Of a stretch of 32,000 bases of DNA, positions 25,995 to 32,000 are shown in pieces. The notes below the pieces were generated by a model. That model was given only the letters and a program-made list of their open reading frames with translations. It searched no databases and was not told the origin of the DNA. Position 1 is the stretch's first letter. The number at the start of each line of letters is the position of its first letter. The position numbers were made by a program, and so were the translations under genes. Source of the stretch: Synechocystis sp. PCC 6803 substr. PCC-P (GTDB lineage: Bacteria; Cyanobacteriota; Cyanobacteriia; Cyanobacteriales; Microcystaceae); contig NC_017039.1 in NCBI RefSeq assembly GCF_000284455.1, forward strand, positions 240,001-272,000. Reading direction: 5' to 3'.

Positions 25995-26600
25995 ATGATT
26001 ATGTCTGTGTGTTTGCCATGGCTGGCCCGTTGTCGCCGCTTTCTCATAGTTTCCCTTGCTTTTGCTATGTTACTGCTGGGAATCTGGGGCACTCTGCCCT
26101 TTTCCCTGTCCGATCACGGTACGGCGATCGCCGCTTTGGAAGATGACCGTTACGATGGCAATATTTTTGTTGTATATGCCGGCAATGGTTCCCTGGTGCC
26201 GCCCCGCTTAAACCTAAGAGAATCCTTTGAACGCAAATTGCCGGTTATTTTGGTTTATTACCTCGATGACAGTAAAGATTGCAAACAGTATGCTTTCATC
26301 GTTTCCCGTATGCAGGAATTTTACGGTCGGGTTGCTAGCATTATTCCCGTTTCCGTTGACAGCATTCCCGACCAAAAGCGTTTCCGTCGCGATGAGCCTG
26401 GCTATTACTACAGCGGTGGGGTACCCCAGACGGTAATTCTAGACAAAAGCGGCAAAAAAATCTTCGACGCCCAGGGAGCACTTAAGTTTGAAGTAGTGGA
26501 TGATGTTCTCCGGGATTTATTTGATTTATTGCCCCGTTCCGAGTCCATGGAACTGAAACAGCGTACCTATAACGAATTCAATAGTGAATTAGTCGATTAA
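25995..26600 (+). CDS. Membrane-anchored thioredoxin-fold protein lacking the CxxC active site
   Basis: 201 aa with the N-terminal TM helix FLIVSLAFAMLLLGIWG. The thioredoxin-like core reads PVILVYYLDDSKDCKQYA ... GVPQTVILDKSGKKI, where the usual WCxxC position reads SKDCKQ (a single Cys). It resembles a cyanobacterial/chloroplast thylakoid thioredoxin-like family; the precise function is unverified. Confidence 0.65.
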   Translation: MIMSVCLPWLARCRRFLIVSLAFAMLLLGIWGTLPFSLSDHGTAIAALEDDRYDGNIFVVYAGNGSLVPPRLNLRESFERKLPVILVYYLDDSKDCKQYAFIVSRMQEFYGRVASIIPVSVDSIPDQKRFRRDEPGYYYSGGVPQTVILDKSGKKIFDAQGALKFEVVDDVLRDLFDLLPRSESMELKQRTYNEFNSELVD

Positions 26601-26618
26601 CTCATTCTTTCCGACAAC

Positions 26619-26664
26619 AAAAAAACGGATAAGCCCAGTAAAGTTAGTTGGGTTTATCCGCTTT
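26619..26664. terminator. Bidirectional rho-independent terminator between convergent genes
   Basis: AAAAAAA (26619-26625), then stem CGGATAAGCCCA (26626-26637), an 11-nt loop, stem TGGGTTTATCCG (26649-26660; 12 bp with one G:U), then CTTT. The A-tract upstream and T-tract downstream allow function on both strands. Confidence 0.7.
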
Positions 26665-26701
26665 AAGGTCAATTTGTTACCGGAAATTTAGGGGAAAAAG
26701 T

Positions 26702-28471
26702 CTAGGGGTCATGGTCGTCCGGGCCGAAGTCAAAATCGTCTAGGGAAGTTGAGATTACAGCATCGGCACCGGGGGAGCTGGTGTCACTCAACAAGGCATC
26801 CAAGTCATCTAACTCGCCACTTCCACTGGAGGGGGCTTCTCCGAGCATGTCCGCTAAACCGGGAAAAAGATCATCATCCTCGTGTAACTCAGCTTGGTTT
26901 GCATTGCCTTCATCGGTTTGCAGTAGGGCCAGCAAATCGTTGTCAGAGGAATTGGGATCTTCATCTAAAATATTGATGAAAGGATCTCCCCCATGGGTTT
27001 CCGGGTTGAGCTCCAGCAGGTCAGGAAAATCACCACTGCCCTCCCCTAATGTCTCCATGCCGACAAAACCGGCGCTGATGGGTTCTTCATTGGAAAACTC
27101 CGGTAGGAACTCATCCTCATTCTGTCCGGGAAAAAGCTCCGTCTCTTCTGTTTGCAATTCCAAAAGAAAGTCGAGGTCATCGGCTTCAGCGTCCCCATCC
27201 CCCGGCAAAATCTCTTCAGTGGTTAGCTCAGGGGCTGGAGTATCTGTGCCCAGACTTGCCAGTAGATCTTCAGACAGATTCAAGTCATCACCGGAGTCGG
27301 ATGTGAAGGAAAGATCGTCACCAAGGTCTTCCAATTCTCCCAGAGTCTCAGTTTCCGCCGGGGTTTCGCTGAATAAAGGGAGTTCAGGGGCTGACTGTTC
27401 TTCGGTTAACTCGGCTAAAAATTGATCACTACTTTGTTCCGTTTCCGCCGCTTCTGGTGTTTCCACACTGGATAGCTCTGCTAGTTGTTGTCCTGGGTTG
27501 GTGATGCCCTCATCATTGATATCAGGCAATTCCGTTGCCAAGTCCATGGGCTCAAAATTTTCTTCCCCACCACCAAAGTCCATATCTGGTAGGGAGGCTT
27601 CTGGGGGGGCATCAACCCAGTTTTCCAAATCAGCTTCCGCCTCTACCTCGGTGGTTTCAGTGGGGGGAGCATCAAAGGGGGAAAACGTTTCTTCCTCCAC
27701 CATGGGTTCCCCTACTGGCCCCTGGTAGTCTAAAGGTTCGGTTTCCAGTTCTGCTGTGGGAGGAGCATCAACCCAATTCTCTTCCTGTTCTGGAGTAATT
27801 TCCGCTATTTCAGGCGTTTCTTCCGTGACAGTGGCCTCCATGAATTCTGCTACGGGTTCGGCCGCCGGAATAAATTCTTCCCCTGGGACTTCGGTAAATT
27901 CGGCGATCGCCGGAGGAGCAACATCGGCATCAAAGGATTCCTCCTCGGCTAACGGTTCTTCCTGCTCTTCTACCGAGGGTTGGGCTTGCTGAAGCGATTC
28001 AATTTCAGCCTGGTATTGGTTCTGGAGGGCTTGGACTCTGGCTTGGTGTTCCTGCTCCATGGCCAACAACTGAGCTTGCAGGGCGGCAACTTCATCACTC
28101 TGGTCGAGGGGCCGTTGTTCTTCTGCCGGCCCACTTTCCCTGAGGGACTGGAGCTCATCTTCCAAAGCTGTTTTTTCTGCCGTCAACTGGGCCAGGGCCG
28201 CCGCTTGGGCTGTTTGAAGCTCGTCTAACTGGTTACGATGGCTGGACTCCAGAGATTCCAATCTAGCTTGGAGGGCTTGGGTTTCGGCTTTTTGGGCTTC
28301 CAACTGAAATTGGAGAGTTTCGGTATCTTCACTGGCACTTTTGGCACGGCCCAGTTTGCTTTTGGTGCTATCCAACTTTTTCTGAAGTTTGGTAACCAGG
28401 GTGAAATAGGTGCCGGCAAAACCAACGACTAGCCCAATGATTACCGCCAACACCAAAGATAAAGTTTCCAT
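26702..28471 (-). CDS. Membrane-anchored coiled-coil protein with a very long acidic low-complexity C-terminal region
   Basis: 589 aa. It has an N-terminal TM helix (LSLVLAVIIGLVVGFAGTYFTLV), a Gln/Ala/Glu/Leu-rich coiled coil (residues ~50-160), and then a D/E/P/T/L-rich region. I find no Lys or Arg after residue 145. Internal repeats include ENWVDAPP (x2) and D-L-L-type motifs (x5). Codon periodicity and length support a real gene. Confidence 0.75.
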   Translation of the reverse strand: METLSLVLAVIIGLVVGFAGTYFTLVTKLQKKLDSTKSKLGRAKSASEDTETLQFQLEAQKAETQALQARLESLESSHRNQLDELQTAQAAALAQLTAEKTALEDELQSLRESGPAEEQRPLDQSDEVAALQAQLLAMEQEHQARVQALQNQYQAEIESLQQAQPSVEEQEEPLAEEESFDADVAPPAIAEFTEVPGEEFIPAAEPVAEFMEATVTEETPEIAEITPEQEENWVDAPPTAELETEPLDYQGPVGEPMVEEETFSPFDAPPTETTEVEAEADLENWVDAPPEASLPDMDFGGGEENFEPMDLATELPDINDEGITNPGQQLAELSSVETPEAAETEQSSDQFLAELTEEQSAPELPLFSETPAETETLGELEDLGDDLSFTSDSGDDLNLSEDLLASLGTDTPAPELTTEEILPGDGDAEADDLDFLLELQTEETELFPGQNEDEFLPEFSNEEPISAGFVGMETLGEGSGDFPDLLELNPETHGGDPFINILDEDPNSSDNDLLALLQTDEGNANQAELHEDDDLFPGLADMLGEAPSSGSGELDDLDALLSDTSSPGADAVISTSLDDFDFGPDDHDP

Positions 28472-28788
28472 GTAATGTCTCCAAAGTGACAGTTAAGTTA
28501 GAAAATACCCATTCCGACCAAGGAGCTCAGCAGTAACGGGTTGTTAGTCTGGTTGACCAACGGGAAAAATCAGTCTTTGTTGAGCTGAGCTAAAAGACTC
28601 AATTCACTGTAACAGTGTGTAACTAAATTGAATGAGCAAGATTAGCTTAAATGATAGGGAATTTTGGGAAAGCGATGCTCCTAAGTCAAAATTTCTTAAG
28701 AATTACCGCCGCAAGCCACGAAAAATTTGTCGGTATTTTACCCACAAACGTTGCCAAACCTATTAGATTTGCATTACTTCAACTTGCT

Positions 28789-29727
28789 TTAATGGGAGCT
28801 TTGACTTTCTGCAAAGGCGGCATATACCCCTTGAACGTTATACCAATTGAGGAAAATTCGGGCAATTTCTAGGGCTAGTTGGGGGCGATCATGGTCAATG
28901 AGCCATTGGAGGAGTGGGGCCATTGTTTTTTCATTCAAGCGTCCCCCTAAGGAGAGTAATCCCCATAGAAACCAATGGAGCCGAGTCATTTGAATCATCA
29001 GCCGCACTTCCCAGGTGGGATGTTTTTGGTAAAATAAAACCCCCATACGCCCCCGTTGTATTTCCTGGTCGATTAATTTGGGGATTTGTTGCAAACTGAA
29101 GGGAGGATGCCAATGATAGCCCACTGCCCGGGGGCATTTAACGAGTTTTAGACCTAAATTTTTCAGTCTGACTCCCAATTCCAAATCTTCCCAGCCATAC
29201 AGTTGAAAGCCAGTGTCAAATAAGCCTGCTTCTAGTAACCATTGCTTGGCGATCGCCACGTTGCCAGTGGCAAAGAAGGCGGCGGAATAATCAGTGAGTT
29301 TGTAGGGTTCCGATTGGGGAGAGTCAAAGTTACAGGTATTGACCACGGCCCCATAGGTAAAAACCCGGTCTGAATTGTATTGTTTTTGGCCCCGTTGTAA
29401 ACCTTCGGCATGGGCTTGGAGAAAAATGTCCGTCACCACCAAATCACTGTCAATAAAAATGATGGTGTCCCCGGCGGCTTCCTTAACCCCAAGATTCCGG
29501 GCGGCAGCGGGCCCCTGGTGGTCCTGTTCCCAGGTTCGGACATGGGGAAATCCCTGGCAATGTCCATCTAGCCAGGCTAGGGTGCCATCGGTGGAGCCGT
29601 CATCCACCACCACAATTTCGTAGCCTGAAATTAAGGTTTCGTCAAAGGTTTGTTGTTCCAGGGCCCGTAGGCATTTTTCCAGGATCGGCAGACGATTATA
29701 GGTGGGAATGACAACACTGAAAAACAT
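28789..29727 (-). CDS. Family 2 glycosyltransferase
   Basis: 312 aa. The GT-A signatures are FSVVIPTYNR, VVVDDGSTDGT, AAARNLG and the DxD motif FIDSDL. Confidence 0.85.
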   Translation of the reverse strand: MFFSVVIPTYNRLPILEKCLRALEQQTFDETLISGYEIVVVDDGSTDGTLAWLDGHCQGFPHVRTWEQDHQGPAAARNLGVKEAAGDTIIFIDSDLVVTDIFLQAHAEGLQRGQKQYNSDRVFTYGAVVNTCNFDSPQSEPYKLTDYSAAFFATGNVAIAKQWLLEAGLFDTGFQLYGWEDLELGVRLKNLGLKLVKCPRAVGYHWHPPFSLQQIPKLIDQEIQRGRMGVLFYQKHPTWEVRLMIQMTRLHWFLWGLLSLGGRLNEKTMAPLLQWLIDHDRPQLALEIARIFLNWYNVQGVYAAFAESQSSH

Positions 29728-29772
29728 AAATAAACCCAGGCATTTTCAAGGGACCTTCCAGCTTAACTTAGC

Positions 29773-30435
29773 CTAGGCGGTCAATAATTCCTGAGCTGTG
29801 TTGGCCACCTGTTCCACCTGATCCTGAGCCAACTGTTGCAGTAGGCTTTGGCGATCGGGATGTTCTAGATGACCCACCGCCAGGGCTAAACGATAGCGCA
29901 CTTGCCAGTCTTCGTCTTGTACTAAGGAGGCAAGCAGAGGTAGGGCTTCCGGGTTGCCCAATTCTCCCAACGCACTGATGGCCGCCGTTCTAATCAAGCT
30001 ATTCTCAGAATCAAGGGCGATTTTCAGCAGGTCGAAGCCCCGGCGATCGCCCATTTCCCCCAGGGTGGCCACAATGCTCATCTGCAAGAGCCATTCAGGA
30101 GTTTCTTCGTAGGCTTTTTGCAAGTCAGGGTAGGCGGCGGTTAATTTTAGCCCCCCAATCACGTCGGCGGCCACCGATTGCACATCAATTTCCGGATCGT
30201 TAAACAGCCGATCGCGCAGGAGTTGCAATGATTGTTCCAAATCGGCTTTACCCACCGGATCCAGTTGACTAACAGCGGCATAGCGGATGCGGGGATTGGC
30301 ATCGTTAACCAAAGGTTTCAGCAGGGGAAAAGCTTCGGCCGGCTCCAGGGCCCGCAATTGATTCAAGCCCCGGACTTTATCACTAAAATTATCCGAACCC
30401 AGTAATGCTTTGATGGCGGTGAGGGAATCACTCAT
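29773..30435 (-). CDS. nblB: HEAT-repeat protein, NblB / phycocyanobilin-lyase-related family
   Basis: 220 aa of tandem HEAT-like (PBS lyase-type) repeats with recurring ..R..A...LG..G...A...L. The family resembles CpcE/NblB. The nblB symbol is recalled from Synechocystis gene order and is less certain than the fold call. Confidence 0.7.
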   Translation of the reverse strand: MSDSLTAIKALLGSDNFSDKVRGLNQLRALEPAEAFPLLKPLVNDANPRIRYAAVSQLDPVGKADLEQSLQLLRDRLFNDPEIDVQSVAADVIGGLKLTAAYPDLQKAYEETPEWLLQMSIVATLGEMGDRRGFDLLKIALDSENSLIRTAAISALGELGNPEALPLLASLVQDEDWQVRYRLALAVGHLEHPDRQSLLQQLAQDQVEQVANTAQELLTA

Positions 30436-30475
30436 AACAAGATTGGAAAAATCAACTAAGGGCTAGGGTTAGGAA

Positions 30476-31369
30476 TTAAGACGGGCTGGACCAGCCTGGT
30501 GGATGGAAATGCTGGAGGTCTGCCAATTGTAGGACTTTTGTGGGGTAGCTGCCAAAAATTTTAAGCACTTCTGTGTATTGTTTGAGCTTTTCTAGGGCTT
30601 CCTGGAGTCTGGGTTCCGTTTGGCTGGCTTCTAAATCCATAAAAAAAACATATTCCCCCAAAGACCTTTTGGTGGGGCGGGATTCAATGCGACTCAGGTT
30701 AATATTCCTCTGGGCCAGGAGTTGCAGGGGAGCTACTAGGGCTCCGGGCACATTGCGGGGAACACTAAAGGCAAGGGTGGTATGGCTTCCAGCAAGATAA
30801 CCCTCTGAACTGATCGCCCAGAAGCGAGTGCAATTGTCAGGATAATCTTGAATGTCCGTTTGTAGTACAGAAAGATCGAATAGGGTGGCGGCCCTAGGAG
30901 AGGCGATCGCCGCCGCTGTGGGGTCATCACCAATAATCTGAATCGCTTCAGTGGTGGAATTGGCCGGCACCAAACTTACCTGGGGAAGATGAGCCCCCAA
31001 CCATTTCTGGCATTGCCCCAGGGCTTGGGGATGGGACACAACCTTGGTTAAATCCGCCAAAAGTTTTCCCCGGCTGAGCAAAACATGGGTAATGGGCAGC
31101 ACTAATTCCTGTTGTATTTTTAAATTTTCCGCCGCCCAAAGGCAGTCCAGGGTAATGGCAATGCCTCCTTCCGTCGAATTCTCCACCGGCACGATCGCCA
31201 CATCCACCAAGCGTTGGGCCGCCGCCTCCAGGGTTTTGCCAATGCTGGGACAGGGAAAAAACTCCACCGCCTGCCCAGTGCGCTCCTGATGCTGTTCCCC
31301 ATAAACCAGGGCGACGGTTTCCGTGTTGGTTCCCCTTGGCCCCAAATGTGCAACGACCAATGGCGGCAT
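30476..31369 (-). CDS. pheA: Prephenate dehydratase
   Basis: 297 aa. The PDT domain reads VAHLGPRGTNTE ... VPVENSTEGGI ... SHPQALGQC ... with a TRF motif (NCTRFW). The C-terminal ACT domain carries ESRP (NLSRIESRPTK). Confidence 0.9.
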   Translation of the reverse strand: MPPLVVAHLGPRGTNTETVALVYGEQHQERTGQAVEFFPCPSIGKTLEAAAQRLVDVAIVPVENSTEGGIAITLDCLWAAENLKIQQELVLPITHVLLSRGKLLADLTKVVSHPQALGQCQKWLGAHLPQVSLVPANSTTEAIQIIGDDPTAAAIASPRAATLFDLSVLQTDIQDYPDNCTRFWAISSEGYLAGSHTTLAFSVPRNVPGALVAPLQLLAQRNINLSRIESRPTKRSLGEYVFFMDLEASQTEPRLQEALEKLKQYTEVLKIFGSYPTKVLQLADLQHFHPPGWSSPS

Positions 31370-31430
31370 AAATTCTCCCCAGGAAAGCTGGTACAGAAAA
31401 TGTTATCATTTTGCAGTGGAATTAGGTTGC

Positions 31431-31502
31431 GCCGAAGTAGCTCAGTGGTAGAGTAGCTGATTCGTAATCAGTTGGCCGTGGGTTCAAATCCCATCTTCGG
31501 CT
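31431..31502 (+). tRNA. tRNA-Thr (anticodon CGU)
   Basis: GCCGAAG-TA-GCTC-AGTGGTA-GAGT-A-GCTGA-TTCGTAA-TCAGT-TGGCC-GTGGG-TTCAAAT-CCCAT-CTTCGGC-T. It has a perfect 7-bp acceptor stem and an anticodon loop TT-CGT-AA, is 72 nt long, and does not encode CCA. Confidence 0.9.
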
Positions 31503-31683
31503 TTGTTTTTTCAGTCCGCCTACACAATTTTCCCTAAATTTGCTCCAGTCTTTTTAGAACAGATAAAAAGTCTAAGCAATTAGGCCTATACTTACTCTAA
31601 TGTCGGGTGCTATACCACAAGGCCCTCGACGAATTGACACACTGAAGCGTCGGGAAATTTTAGGCTGTGGGGGCAGTGCAATT

Positions 31684-32000
31684 ATGGCCAGACAGGATTA
31701 CTGGGCTCCGATTCATCGTCATGAACTGGTTCGCTGGATTAAGGGCAGTGGCAGTGCGAGTTTTTGGCAGAATCCCCTCCTACATAATATTCTTTTAAAT
31801 CTTCTGGTAGCTCTGTTTTATGTTGTAGGAATTAGGCTGAGCGACCAGTTAGTTAGCACTCTATTGCCGGGAAGAATTTCCCCTGTTTGGTTTCCTTCTG
31901 CCCTCACCTTTGGTGTGTTTTTTCACTTTGGTCATTGGGTTACCCCCGGCATTATTCTTGGCTCAGTGTTGGGTTTAGTTTCAGTACTTTCTACCTTTGA
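31684..32000 (+). CDS. Membrane sensor protein, N-terminal fragment with a MASE1-like module (continues beyond window end)
   Basis: Absent from the track because it is open at the window edge. ATG 31684 opens a stop-free frame to 32000: MARQDYWAPIHRHELVRWIKGSGSASFWQNPLLHNILLNLLVALFYVVGIRLSDQLVSTLLPGRISPVWFPSALTFGVFFHFGHWVTPGIILGSVLGLVSVLSTF. The ISPVWFPSA...G....PG...G..LG pattern parallels the N-terminus of the kinase at 13125-15629. Confidence 0.55.
   Translation, partial: MARQDYWAPIHRHELVRWIKGSGSASFWQNPLLHNILLNLLVALFYVVGIRLSDQLVSTLLPGRISPVWFPSALTFGVFFHFGHWVTPGIILGSVLGLVSVLSTF

Noticed and set aside
28651-28872. 73-aa + strand ORF upstream of the acidic-protein gene
   Set aside because: It overlaps the 3' end of the glycosyltransferase gene on the opposite strand and has no recognisable features. 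The region is more likely the promoter and 5' UTR of the 28471 gene.
31547-31573. A/T-rich inverted repeat AGTCTTTTT...AAAAAGTCT after tRNA-Thr
   Set aside because: It has one mismatch and an almost pure A:U stem, so its stability is marginal. The T-run directly after the tRNA is sufficient to explain 3' end formation.
1-32000. Searched for CRISPR arrays, IS elements/transposases, integrases, phage genes and toxin-antitoxin pairs
   Set aside because: I saw no regularly spaced direct repeats, terminal inverted repeats bracketing an ORF, DDE/tyrosine-recombinase-like ORFs or small overlapping gene pairs. The AT-rich block at 8.7-15.8 kb has no visible mobility genes or flanking direct repeats.

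Overview
The window reads as chromosomal DNA from a unicellular cyanobacterium. The HIP1 octamer GCGATCGC recurs about once per kb. The gene order (msrB-hhoA / rre1-bvdR / spmBA-malQ / thiL ... hemJ-cysH / hrcA / tRNA-Ser / aroK / tal ... msrA ... nblB-like-pheA / tRNA-Thr) matches my unverified recollection of the Synechocystis sp. PCC 6803 chromosome. I support 31 protein-coding genes (two run off the window edges), two tRNAs and a few hairpin terminators. I found no CRISPR array, transposase, integrase or phage genes. Most genes are housekeeping: carbon and aromatic metabolism, tetrapyrrole, sulfur and thiamine pathways. There is a visible excess of protein quality-control and oxidative-repair functions: a Deg protease, exported MsrB and MsrA, HrcA, a J-domain protein, and an ArsA/Get3-like ATPase fused to an HSP20-like domain. 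The best candidate for something undescribed is an AT-rich block at about 8.7-15.8 kb. It holds two tandem, mutually homologous genes (9062-10117 and 10160-11641) that I cannot assign to any family. These converge on a two-gene operon encoding a MASE1-like hybrid histidine kinase and a REC-PAS-GGDEF diguanylate cyclase. Secondary curiosities: a transaldolase with two C-terminal EF-hands; a 589-aa membrane-anchored protein whose last 444 residues lack Lys/Arg and carry reiterated acidic D-L-L motifs; an MsrB with alternative exported and cytosolic start codons; and a possible 19-codon hydrophobic micro-ORF. All functional calls come from motif recognition by eye. No database search was possible.
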